Of a DNA stretch of 64,000 nt, positions 45,817-54,378 are shown piece after piece (positions within the stretch are counted from its first letter, which is position 1; every line of letters starts with the position of its first letter). The DNA comes from a virus (taxonomy: Duplodnaviria; Caudoviricetes). Both the position numbers and the translations under genes were made by a program. The stretch covers positions 1 through 64,000 of IMG/VR virus record IMGVR_UViG_3300032250_000184; one strand, 5' to 3'. Under the pieces are notes generated by a model. It was given only the letters and a program-made list of their open reading frames with translations. It did not search any database and was not told where the DNA came from.

Positions 45817-46314
45817 TTATTTCCAACCAAGCGGTTCTATTTCTATTGGTGAGTCAGGATCAACAACATGGTCAAATACTTCCCACAACTTTTCTTTTAC
45901 TGCAAACTTTGTAAACAATCCAGATTGCATCCCGTAAGCTTCTACTTCCCATGGTTGGAACCAATAATCTGGTTCCAAAACTTTACTACCTTTCCATCGA
46001 GTAAGATTTATATTAACATCACCATGTACATACTGTTTAATATGTACCATCTCATGACTTAGTGTTTTTAATATCTCAGCTGCACCAATACCTGGATGTA
46101 ATTCTATTTCAAATTGTCTTGGTTTATTACTACGACTAAACTCTACAACTGAAGCATATCCGTGTGCATTAATTTTTGAACTGAACTTAATTCTTAAAAA
46201 AATGTTTTCCAACATCCTAGGTGTCATTAAAGATTCTGCGTAAAACAGAGCAGCCCTTTTCACATAGGGACGGAAACGTTGTTTATCGGGACAACCGACT
46301 ATACTTAACTGCAT
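45817..46314 (-). CDS. zincin-like metallopeptidase (SprT-like)
   Basis: LSHEMVHIKQ, PWEVEAY; AGGAGA SD before MQLS. Confidence 0.7.
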   Translation of the reverse strand: MQLSIVGCPDKQRFRPYVKRAALFYAESLMTPRMLENIFLRIKFSSKINAHGYASVVEFSRSNKPRQFEIELHPGIGAAEILKTLSHEMVHIKQYVHGDVNINLTRWKGSKVLEPDYWFQPWEVEAYGMQSGLFTKFAVKEKLWEVFDHVVDPDSPIEIEPLGWK

Positions 46315-46411
46315 TTTAGGTCTCTCCTTAGTAAATTGACCCAATAATTGCATTAATCCGTTGATACTCACACTGCTTATTTATGACCAACACACATTTC
46401 ACCAGGTGAAA

Positions 46412-46846
46412 TTACTTCTGTATTTGTTCTATTATTATATCACATTTGGTCAAAAAGTCAAGCCCCTGTGAATCCCTGTAGGAATCACGGTAATATACCT
46501 TTTTGATGCCTGCGGTATATATTTGTTTAGCACAATCAATGCAAGGTGCATGGGTCAGGAACATCATGGAACCATCTCCAGACTCGGAACTCTTGGCCAA
46601 CTTAGCGATGGCATTGGCCTCAGCGTGAATCACCTCAGGTTTGGTTTTTGAGAATACCGTATCATCTGATAGTACGGTATAGTTTTCACATTCATTTGTC
46701 CAACCAGCAGGCATTCCATTATAACCAATAGAGATAATTCTATCTTCTTTAACTACAATCGCACCTACCTGTAACCGTTTGGCTGAAGATAATTTGGCAA
46801 ACCTTTCGGCCACGTCCATGTAGGCATCAATAAATTTTTGTTTCAT
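46412..46846 (-). CDS. cd: dCMP deaminase
   Basis: VGAIVV, GYNG, HAEANAI, PCIDCAK. Confidence 0.9.
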   Translation of the reverse strand: MKQKFIDAYMDVAERFAKLSSAKRLQVGAIVVKEDRIISIGYNGMPAGWTNECENYTVLSDDTVFSKTKPEVIHAEANAIAKLAKSSESGDGSMMFLTHAPCIDCAKQIYTAGIKKVYYRDSYRDSQGLDFLTKCDIIIEQIQK

Positions 46847-47439
46847 CGTTTTGTAAAACTTTCAATAATTCTAATAAATGACCATACATTATTCCTAATG
46901 GATGAATCATAAAGTGCCATCTGTTCTAATACAGCATCTTCAATTCCAGCACTAAATTGATTTTTCGAAATTTTAATTGTGGCTTCTTTTTCGAAAGAAT
47001 CTAAAGTAACAATCGTCATGTTATTCTTTTTGGCAATATGTTGTATCGTTTTATTCTCCGACAAACAATGCATGAATAATGATTCCGAACCCATTGCTCT
47101 GGCCCAAATAGCACCACGATTAAACAATTCTTGGCCAATTTTTTGATCACGATAATCAGGACTAACCGTTAATCCTAATTCAGCAGATTTTGTTTTTTTG
47201 TCGTAAGCAACATGACAAGAAGCTACAAAATTGCATCCATCTTCCACAACAAACCACATATTCTTAAAACCATAATGTTCGAAAGATTTATCACAAATGT
47301 ATCTTTCTATGATATCATCATTAACAATGTTGCCAAATCTCAATCTCCTATCATCACCACGAATGTCATCATAGAAGTGTTTTACCAATCTATCAATGTC
47401 CATTTTGTGTGGAACTAATTTTCTAGGAATCATTACCAA
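46843..47439 (-). CDS. GNAT acetyltransferase
   Basis: AELGLTVSPDYRDQKIGQEL (motif A), N..IQHIAKK. Confidence 0.8.
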   Translation of the reverse strand: MVMIPRKLVPHKMDIDRLVKHFYDDIRGDDRRLRFGNIVNDDIIERYICDKSFEHYGFKNMWFVVEDGCNFVASCHVAYDKKTKSAELGLTVSPDYRDQKIGQELFNRGAIWARAMGSESLFMHCLSENKTIQHIAKKNNMTIVTLDSFEKEATIKISKNQFSAGIEDAVLEQMALYDSSIRNNVWSFIRIIESFTKR

Positions 47440-47615
47440 CTCCCATCATCAAACCAAACTCGAATCGTGATTGGTAACAATTCAACAATCAAAGCATCTT
47501 GTTCCCAAGCCTCGTTTGTCTTAAAATACTCAAAACCTATTCTCCAATGAAAAGGATTTAATTTGAGTGTGATATTACATCCAGAATATTTAAACCACTT
47601 AATGATTGATTTCAT
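47433..47615 (-). CDS. hypothetical protein
   Basis: Packed ORF. Confidence 0.55.
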   Translation of the reverse strand: MKSIIKWFKYSGCNITLKLNPFHWRIGFEYFKTNEAWEQDALIVELLPITIRVWFDDGSW

Positions 47616-47818
47616 TTCAATCCTTTGAGTGTATATTTTGTGATTTTATCTTTGACCATGGAAGGTATATCTAAGTAAGGCCATTCTAGAAAGAATGGAC
47701 ATCCATCTTTTCCCCATGAATGGTTGTGTAGATACTTTCTAACCAATACCAAATCGTCTTTGTTACTGGCGTCAAATTCATGACGTTGCATATTTTTAAA
47801 ATTTTGAATTTTATTCAT
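47612..47818 (-). CDS. hypothetical protein
   Basis: W.KDGCPFFLEWPYLDIP motif. Confidence 0.6.
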   Translation of the reverse strand: MNKIQNFKNMQRHEFDASNKDDLVLVRKYLHNHSWGKDGCPFFLEWPYLDIPSMVKDKITKYTLKGLK

Positions 47819-48003
47819 TTCACATACTCCACATTATCTTTACGCATCCAAAATGTATGCTGTAGTTTTTGACTAGGTAAATCCTTGACAACAGGAATAA
47901 AAGTAACACCCTCAATCTGTTTGGTTTCCCAATTAGAGTAGGTGTAGTAGATATCGGAGTTAGTTTTAGAACGAACTTTTTTGAGTATAGGTTTCACATT
48001 TTT
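47815..48003 (-). CDS. hypothetical protein
   Basis: Likely start MKNVKP just after the promoter at 48013-48041. Confidence 0.55.
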   Translation of the reverse strand, partial: KNVKPILKKVRSKTNSDIYYTYSNWETKQIEGVTFIPVVKDLPSQKLQHTFWMRKDNVEYVK

Positions 48004-48012
48004 CATAATATA

Positions 48013-48041
48013 ATTATAACAGAAAGATGAGGGATTGGCAA
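48013..48041 (-). promoter_or_regulatory. sigma70 promoter TTGCCA-17-TATAAT
   Basis: Hexamers read directly. Confidence 0.6.
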
Positions 48042-48065
48042 CCAACCCCTCACATTATTACCAAA

Positions 48066-48497
48066 TTATTTAATGGCAATCTTTTTGATGTTATCTTGGG
48101 TTTGTACCAAAGATTCCAACCAGATTTTTAACATACCATTCATCATTTCTGCATTACCAATTTCTACCTTGTCGGCAAGTTTAAATGTATGTTGGAAATC
48201 ACGGTTAGCAATTCCTTTGTGTATAAATTCACCAACTTCAGAATCATCTTCTTTAGCTGCACCAGAAACAATCAGTTTGTTACCGTCCAATGTAAGTTCA
48301 ATATCAGACTTAGTGAAACCAGCAACAGCCATTTCAATGACCCACTTCTTTTCATTTACTTTTCTGATGTTGTATGGAGGGTATTTCTGAAGTTGTTTGG
48401 AAGCCAATTCATTAATTTCAGCAATATCATCTAAGATATGTGAAAAACCAATTGAGAATGGATCAAACGTTTTGTGAAATTCATTTACTGTGAACAT
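48066..48497 (-). CDS. hsp20: small heat shock protein Hsp20
   Basis: YPPYNI, EMAVAGF, HKGIANRDF, NGMLKI. Confidence 0.92.
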   Translation of the reverse strand: MFTVNEFHKTFDPFSIGFSHILDDIAEINELASKQLQKYPPYNIRKVNEKKWVIEMAVAGFTKSDIELTLDGNKLIVSGAAKEDDSEVGEFIHKGIANRDFQHTFKLADKVEIGNAEMMNGMLKIWLESLVQTQDNIKKIAIK

Positions 48498-48645
48498 ATA
48501 GTTCTCCTTATATTAAGCGAGTTTTTCAAAAGTGATACCCCGAAGGCGTATCTGTTTTACTGGTTACGGTATCCAGCGGCATCGTAGCGTCATGCCCGCT
48601 TTAAAACGCTTCGTAACTTAGCGGTCCTAAGGTGAAGCCAGTATA
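48498..48645 (-). promoter_or_regulatory. structured hsp20 5' leader with ROSE-like SD-sequestering hairpin
   Basis: CTCGCTTA-ATA-TAAGGAG (UCGCU motif with bulged G opposite the SD) plus four upstream hairpins. Confidence 0.7.
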
Positions 48646-48649
48646 TCAG

Positions 48650-48657
48650 TATTTATA
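48650..48657 (-). promoter_or_regulatory. T4-type late promoter TATAAATA
   Basis: Exact consensus upstream of the hsp20 leader. Confidence 0.65.
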
Positions 48658-48664
48658 CTAAGAG

Positions 48665-49072
48665 TCAATAAATTCCTGGTTTTTTACCAATACTGTATTT
48701 TGGTACTAATTCCCAATCGTCTTTTTCTTTGTGTGAAAGAATCTTAATTTGCGACAAAAATATTGGTGGTGGAATTTCTATTTGTTGTTTTCTGACAATG
48801 GTTATTAAACCCCAATCTTGCAATAACTTTATAATTGCATTCCTGCGAGATAAATCATTCTCTGTAATTTCGGTTGGTTTACCATCTAGTGCAAACAATT
48901 CTTTAAAGTGAACAATATAATATTGTCCTCTTTTGTGTAGTATATGACACGATTGAAATAGTATCTGGTCTTTTTTAGACGCCACTCCAATACGGGTTAG
49001 TGTTTCTCTAACTTTTAGAAAATCATCCTTTTCACCTAAAGTCACTTCAACTAAATCTGTAATATTAATCAT
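48665..49072 (-). CDS. regA: translational repressor RegA
   Basis: DFLKVRETLTRIGVAS, QSCHILHKRGQYYIVHFKELF. Confidence 0.95.
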   Translation of the reverse strand: MINITDLVEVTLGEKDDFLKVRETLTRIGVASKKDQILFQSCHILHKRGQYYIVHFKELFALDGKPTEITENDLSRRNAIIKLLQDWGLITIVRKQQIEIPPPIFLSQIKILSHKEKDDWELVPKYSIGKKPGIY

Positions 49073-49461
49073 TACTTGTTCACTCCGCCTTTATCTGTTT
49101 TTCTTTTTATTTCAGCGATTTGTTCATCAGTAAGAATTCGTAAAGCCTCTTTAGCCTTCTGGTTTGAGTACCCAAAGTAGGTTTTAACACATTCTATATT
49201 CTTGTCGGCCTCTGATTTCTGCCACGGTTGGAATTTCCGTTTCATAGACCTTACGGTATTTAGAAGATATTGGTATTGAAGGTCTTTATCGACCTCAGGA
49301 TACAAATTCATCTCATTCGCATATAGAACACAATCCATATGATAAGACAAAGCTCTATTGACCACAAAGGGCGTATAGTCTTTGGCGTCTATATCATCAT
49401 GAATTACAGACTTTTTAGTTTGAAGTATGGAAGGTATAATCTCCTTGAATAAATCTGGCAT
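49072..49461 (-). CDS. gp62: clamp loader small subunit
   Basis: Y.PFVVNRALS, ANEMN, YFGYS.QKA; synteny. Confidence 0.9.
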   Translation of the reverse strand: MPDLFKEIIPSILQTKKSVIHDDIDAKDYTPFVVNRALSYHMDCVLYANEMNLYPEVDKDLQYQYLLNTVRSMKRKFQPWQKSEADKNIECVKTYFGYSNQKAKEALRILTDEQIAEIKRKTDKGGVNK

Positions 49462-50393
49462 TATTTGAACTCACAATCCACCATAATTTCTGTCAAACAG
49501 GCAATCAGATTAATCTCAGCATCAGCCACAAAAGCGGCTTGATATTGATATCGTGCAAGTATAAGAACCAACTGTGGTACAGATTGTGGTTTTAATGATT
49601 CATATAAACCATCATACAGTTTACGGAAGATTCTGGCTGGATCGTTATCCAGATTATTAGTAACCCATTTACGAGCCGATGCAAAGTCTTTCTCTTTGAG
49701 TGCCTTGATTAATTCACCAAGTTGTATATCACTAACGGAAGAAAGAATGCCTTTATCGATTGTACCAGAAACGGCATATCGTTGTAGTTCATTTAGAATT
49801 CTACGATTATCAGGAAAGTGTTTTGTGATAACTGCAGCCACCACCTCTTTGTCGTATGTAACACCTTCTTGTTCTAGAATCCATTCTACTCTCTTAAAGA
49901 ATTGAGCAGCCATTTTAGCCTTTTGGCCATTAAGTCGGAAGTCAATAACGGTACAACGAGAATGAATCGGATCAATAATACGATTCTTAAAGTTGCAAGT
50001 AAAGATAAATGAACAGTTTGAGGCGAACTCCTCAATCGCACCACGCAATGCAGGTTGAGTTGAATTAGGATTTAGATAGTCTGCTTCGTCAATGATGATG
50101 ACCTTACGACCACCCATTAAGGAGACTGATGATGCATAGTTTTTGATTTTAGTACGGAGAACATCAATGCCTGATTCGTCTGAACCGTTGATGATGATAT
50201 AATCACAACCAACTTCTTCACATAAGGCCTTGGCGATTGTTGTCTTGCCAACACCTGCACTACCAGATAACAGTAGGTTAGGTATTTCTTTTTTGTTTAC
50301 ATATTCTTGAAATGTGGATTTGATTGCATCCGGTAGGACGCAATCTTCCACTTTAGATGGTCGATACTTTTCGACCCACAATAAATGTTCCAT
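49461..50393 (-). CDS. gp44: clamp loader large subunit
   Basis: WVEKYRP, GSAGVGKTT, DEAD, IHSRC. Confidence 0.95.
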   Translation of the reverse strand: MEHLLWVEKYRPSKVEDCVLPDAIKSTFQEYVNKKEIPNLLLSGSAGVGKTTIAKALCEEVGCDYIIINGSDESGIDVLRTKIKNYASSVSLMGGRKVIIIDEADYLNPNSTQPALRGAIEEFASNCSFIFTCNFKNRIIDPIHSRCTVIDFRLNGQKAKMAAQFFKRVEWILEQEGVTYDKEVVAAVITKHFPDNRRILNELQRYAVSGTIDKGILSSVSDIQLGELIKALKEKDFASARKWVTNNLDNDPARIFRKLYDGLYESLKPQSVPQLVLILARYQYQAAFVADAEINLIACLTEIMVDCEFK

Positions 50394-50427
50394 TCAAAAC
50401 TCCCATAATATAATTTACAACATCATA

Positions 50428-50456
50428 ATAATAACACGGACCGAAGTCCGTGTCAA
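50428..50456 (-). terminator. UUCG hairpin overlapping a TTGACA-17-TATTAT promoter
   Basis: ACACGGAC-TTCG-GTCCGTGT forms the promoter spacer. Confidence 0.6.
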
Positions 50457-50463
50457 GCGATTC

Positions 50464-51453
50464 TTAATTTTCTTCAATTAATTCCACAAGATCATCATCT
50501 AAGTCCAACAATGAACTATAAGCCTGCAATTGTTTGCCTTTTAAATTCATAACGTAGACAGCAATGCAGTAAGCAATAGATTCATTTGGTATTTTATTTA
50601 ACCTACGGTTGGTCAATGAATCTTGTTTCTTTGGAGGATTAACATTAATATATAAATGAAAATATTCTTGAATTTCTCCGAGAGAAATTGATTCATCCAC
50701 CTCATCATTAACATCCAAAAATTTACCTAAACCACACAACAAATAACCTGAAACATTCGGATCATTCTTCCAAGTATTTTGTATAATTTTGGAAGACTCA
50801 ACAATATTTTGGTGTTGAATTTTTTTGTTTTTCCAACAATCTTTTAACTGAACAAAACCTCCTAAAGTTTTATTTCCAGGATTTAGTTCTTCTACATCAA
50901 GACTGCAATCACGAAGAAAATCCAAAAAATTAAGAGCTTCCGGATCTCTATATTGAATTTCTGCACGGAAGATTTCTTCTTGTTTCATGTTTTCGGTATC
51001 TGCATTACGCATTTTAAACATTTGTGCTTCATATTCTTCACATTGTTTTACTGTGCGATTTGCAGGATGATAATAGATTGATGCTGGAATTGTTTCCAAT
51101 TCACAAATTCCTGCCATAAAAGCACGGCGGAATCCATCCCAAACATACAAATCACCATTAGGTCTTTTAGCCACATCAATATGACCTGCAGCTTCTTTAT
51201 TAAAAGTACCAGCAGATTTAAGTTTATCAATCAACTTCTTAAAACGCATCTTTCTTTGATATCGAATATCCACCTTTAACTCTTTGATTTGAACCAAAGA
51301 TGGTGAATTATCGTATTGTTTTGGCAATTCGATTTGGTCTAATGTTGTTTGTTTGAAGTTTGTTACAGATTTACCAATGTCCACAAGGTCTTTTAATTTG
51401 TAGTCTTGGTAATTAAGATTGGCCAATAGGCCAGCGGCTTCGCTGAATTTCAT
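50464..51453 (-). CDS. ParB/Srx-like N-terminal domain protein (DUF6551-like)
   Basis: LKVDIRYQR, IDVAKRPNG..YVWDGFRR. Confidence 0.65.
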   Translation of the reverse strand: MKFSEAAGLLANLNYQDYKLKDLVDIGKSVTNFKQTTLDQIELPKQYDNSPSLVQIKELKVDIRYQRKMRFKKLIDKLKSAGTFNKEAAGHIDVAKRPNGDLYVWDGFRRAFMAGICELETIPASIYYHPANRTVKQCEEYEAQMFKMRNADTENMKQEEIFRAEIQYRDPEALNFLDFLRDCSLDVEELNPGNKTLGGFVQLKDCWKNKKIQHQNIVESSKIIQNTWKNDPNVSGYLLCGLGKFLDVNDEVDESISLGEIQEYFHLYINVNPPKKQDSLTNRRLNKIPNESIAYCIAVYVMNLKGKQLQAYSSLLDLDDDLVELIEEN

Positions 51454-51527
51454 TTGTATTTCCTTTTAGATAAAAAGTTTAATTAAGGTGAGATAAATTA
51501 ATATCTCATAATTATATATAAAACATT

Positions 51528-51803
51528 TTACTTAACTTCTGTAATACCTTCAAATAATGCTTCAAATTCTTTAAACTCTGCCACTTCTTCTTGTAGTGAT
51601 TGATTGTGTTGTACTTTAGCGATGCGTTTAATAATCTTCTTAGGAATCTTAAAGGTGTCGTAAGCTGCATCCACAATGTCTTTGATTTGACTATTGTGTG
51701 CTTCAATCTGCCGAGTGGCATGGTTAATTTCTTCAATCACACCTTTGAGTGCCTTTAATTGAACTTCATCAAAAGTTCCAAATTGAGTTGTGATTGTTGG
51801 CAT
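51528..51803 (-). CDS. T4 DsbA-like dsDNA-binding protein
   Basis: Size, helical pattern, IKDI..A.DTF.IPKK. Confidence 0.6.
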   Translation of the reverse strand: MPTITTQFGTFDEVQLKALKGVIEEINHATRQIEAHNSQIKDIVDAAYDTFKIPKKIIKRIAKVQHNQSLQEEVAEFKEFEALFEGITEVK

Positions 51804-51991
51804 TAGATTTGTCCTTGTATAACACCAACAACATCAACTTGAGATTCTTCCACAACAACATTACCATTTGATAAACCAAGCACAGTTTTACCTTTCATAT
51901 CACCTTCAGGCAAAACAAAAACCGCAACGACATACTTTGGATTAATTGCTACTTTCATTTGATTGGTTGCATCTGTAAAATATACTAACAT
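51803..51991 (-). CDS. hypothetical protein
   Basis: Packed ORF. Confidence 0.55.
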   Translation of the reverse strand: MLVYFTDATNQMKVAINPKYVVAVFVLPEGDMKGKTVLGLSNGNVVVEESQVDVVGVIQGQI

Positions 51992-51993
51992 AA

Positions 51994-52671
51994 TTACCCT
52001 TCAAATTTAGATTCTTTAGATTCTGTTGCTACCCAATATTCGATATCAACATTTTGATTTTTGAATGATGCCAAGCCTTTAGATGAGATTTCAACATTGT
52101 ATGATCCTGGAATCATTTTAAGGTTGTCTGTTAAGAACACCATCTTAAAGTTTTTACCATTGCCTTCAGCAACTTCAATTGAGTTTGTGTGTGCTGCATC
52201 GTCTTTGGCGTTGAATGTGGTCAAACAGATTTTGTCGCCTTTAGATTCAACAGCAATATGTGGTGATTGTAGAACAGAAGCGCTCTTTAGAAGGTCACTA
52301 AAATCTTCTTTTGTTAAGGTAAAAGCAACATCAACAGAAGGAATACTTAATTCTTTTTCTGGCGGAGTAACAATCATTTCTTTTGCCGTCATACGATATT
52401 TTGTAGACTTCTTAGGACCACTTTTGAAAATAACATTCTTGTCACCTTCAAATTCAATTTCAGTATTGTCAAACAGACCATGAACCGATAAGAACTGATT
52501 TAAATCATAGATACAGAAATCTTGTGGAAATTCATCTTTAAGATTGGCTTTGGCAAGAACTGTCTTACCAGAGGACATCGTTTTGATTGTGTTGCCTTTT
52601 TTGAATTCAATACCAGAATTGATTGTCGAAAAGTTTTTTAATACATCAAGTGTATCTTTGGTTAACTTCAT
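51994..52671 (-). CDS. gp45: sliding clamp
   Basis: MKLTKDTLDVLKNFSTINSGI, FCIYDLNQFL, EYWVA.E. Confidence 0.95.
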   Translation of the reverse strand: MKLTKDTLDVLKNFSTINSGIEFKKGNTIKTMSSGKTVLAKANLKDEFPQDFCIYDLNQFLSVHGLFDNTEIEFEGDKNVIFKSGPKKSTKYRMTAKEMIVTPPEKELSIPSVDVAFTLTKEDFSDLLKSASVLQSPHIAVESKGDKICLTTFNAKDDAAHTNSIEVAEGNGKNFKMVFLTDNLKMIPGSYNVEISSKGLASFKNQNVDIEYWVATESKESKFEG

Positions 52672-52700
52672 TTGTTTCTCCATTATGTAAAGTTGTTACT

Positions 52701-52729
52701 ATCATACTACATTCTAAAAAAGAAGTCAA
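52701..52729 (-). promoter_or_regulatory. sigma70 promoter TTGACT-17-TATGAT
   Basis: Directly upstream of gp45. Confidence 0.6.
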
Positions 52730-52730
52730 G

Positions 52731-53117
52731 TTATTCTTTGGAATACTTAACATCGTGTTCGTATAAAAACATTAGGCAACACATTGCGTGTGCCAGATGC
52801 GGCAATCCAGACTCTTGGTCCGTTTGCTCACCTTGTTTCCAAGCCCAAAGGTGTCGTTGTAAGGCATCGAAATACCTACGCTTAGAATCAGGTACAAACT
52901 GCCAATTATCAGGTTCATATTTTTGAGCACCAAAGGTCAATACTTTAACTGTTTCTTCCAATGCTAATGGTGGAAGAAGTCCATACATCAATTTACCACC
53001 ATCAAACTTACGGCCAATATCTTGTGGTTGCGGTACTGCATCTTCATATCCAGGTTGATAAGGAGCTTCTGCAACAATTCTATCACTATTATTTTTATAT
53101 CCGTAAGGATTTCCCAT
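52731..53117 (-). CDS. dATP/dGTP diphosphohydrolase (DUF5664-like)
   Basis: GRKFDGGK, VLTFGAQKY..DNW, ALQRHL, ESGLPHLAHA.CCL.FL. Confidence 0.85.
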   Translation of the reverse strand: MGNPYGYKNNSDRIVAEAPYQPGYEDAVPQPQDIGRKFDGGKLMYGLLPPLALEETVKVLTFGAQKYEPDNWQFVPDSKRRYFDALQRHLWAWKQGEQTDQESGLPHLAHAMCCLMFLYEHDVKYSKE

Positions 53118-53935
53118 CACATTTCTCCGACAAAATTTGCGACAGCTGGCATATCTCCATGAAAGTGATAGGTACCAATGTGTGATGTTTTCATCCAAGG
53201 ACATAACCAGATTGAACCGCCCATCTTACGCCACATCTGACAGAACATATAATCTTCTGATAGGTAACGATCCGAGCCACCACCAGTGATTGATTCTTTT
53301 GTATCAATGACCGTATCAAAGAAAGCATGAATGTATCGTGATCCATCAAAGTTGGCCTGACCTACATGGTCTGGCTTGTAACGAATAGAAGGATACTGTT
53401 TGGTCATTTTCTCAAACACATCACGGCGAATCATCATGAATCCAGTACCAATTTCTAGTACTTCAAGTGGTTCTGTAACCGAGAATTGTGCAGTACCTTT
53501 AACTGGATTGAAAACATAATCACCAGTAACCTTTTCTAAAGTTTGTGGTTCAATATCTGGTTTCTTCTCAACAGCTTTCTTAACTGATTTCCATTTGATT
53601 GCCTTCTTAGGATAAGGACCGCCTGCAACATCTTTATCGAGTGCAAGTAAGGCAATCACATCTTGTGGATTGAAAGAAATGTCCGAGTCCAAGAACAACA
53701 TATGGGTACATTCAGAACGGTGAATAAACTCATCTACAAGATAGTTTCTTGCACGAGTAATTAGTGATTCATTGAAAAGAAATGAAAATTTAATCTGCAC
53801 ACCATATTGAAAGCAGAGTCCTTGCAAATCTAAACATGCCTTCATGTATAGTCCGTGATTCATGCCGCCATACATTGGTGTAGCGACAAACAGACTCTTT
53901 TTTTGTAATTCTTCTTTTTTAATTGAAATTTCCAT
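53117..53935 (-). CDS. GT-A fold glycosyltransferase-like protein
   Basis: VATPMYGG, NESLITRARN, LFLDSD, GTGFMMI, YLSEDY.FC, HIG. Confidence 0.75.
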   Translation of the reverse strand: MEISIKKEELQKKSLFVATPMYGGMNHGLYMKACLDLQGLCFQYGVQIKFSFLFNESLITRARNYLVDEFIHRSECTHMLFLDSDISFNPQDVIALLALDKDVAGGPYPKKAIKWKSVKKAVEKKPDIEPQTLEKVTGDYVFNPVKGTAQFSVTEPLEVLEIGTGFMMIRRDVFEKMTKQYPSIRYKPDHVGQANFDGSRYIHAFFDTVIDTKESITGGGSDRYLSEDYMFCQMWRKMGGSIWLCPWMKTSHIGTYHFHGDMPAVANFVGEM

Positions 53936-53951
53936 TTGTTCTCCGAGAAAT

Positions 53952-53988
53952 AAAAAAAAAGGGGTAACCACTTTCGTGGAAACCCCCT
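53952..53988 (-). terminator. intrinsic terminator
   Basis: GGGGG..CCAC-GAAA-GTGG..CCCC then T8. Confidence 0.75.
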
Positions 53989-54001
53989 GCATCAAATCAG
54001 A

Positions 54002-54268
54002 TTAGACTGATTGAACACGAACGCCATTAGCACGGCATTGTGCTTTGAAAGACTTGCTTGGTGTACCTAAGCGATACACAGTTTGTACTTCGCCGGCAAT
54101 GTTTTTCTTGTTGCCGTAGATTGCGTAACCTTCTTGACGCAACTCAGAGATACGAGCAGAAACATTGGTGATACCAAAGCGGCGTTGAGCTTGTTTGGTT
54201 GTGAATGTGTTGTAGCCTTCTGTTTGTGTCAAAGCATTCAACATCTTTTCTTTTGCTGATAATTTCAT
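54002..54268 (-). CDS. winged-helix DNA-binding protein
   Basis: FTTKQAQRRFGITNVSARISELRQEGY HTH pattern. Confidence 0.7.
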   Translation of the reverse strand: MKLSAKEKMLNALTQTEGYNTFTTKQAQRRFGITNVSARISELRQEGYAIYGNKKNIAGEVQTVYRLGTPSKSFKAQCRANGVRVQSV

Positions 54269-54328
54269 GTAAAACTCCATAGTTTAGTTAATAATAAATC
54301 TCGTCAGACATCTTCAACGAGTGAACAC

Positions 54329-54357
54329 AGTATAACATTATGTAGTGTGTGTGTCAA
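54329..54357 (-). promoter_or_regulatory. sigma70 promoter TTGACA-17-TATACT
   Basis: Hexamers read directly. Confidence 0.65.
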
Positions 54358-54378
54358 GCATAATTGTGGTACACTTGT

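Noticed and set aside
46396-46410. TTTCA-N5-TGAAA palindrome here and near 7938
   Set aside because: Only two AT-rich copies, no consistent promoter context
52731-53117. 2-aminoadenine (Z) genome
   Set aside because: No PurZ visible in this window, so the hydrolase alone is insufficient evidence
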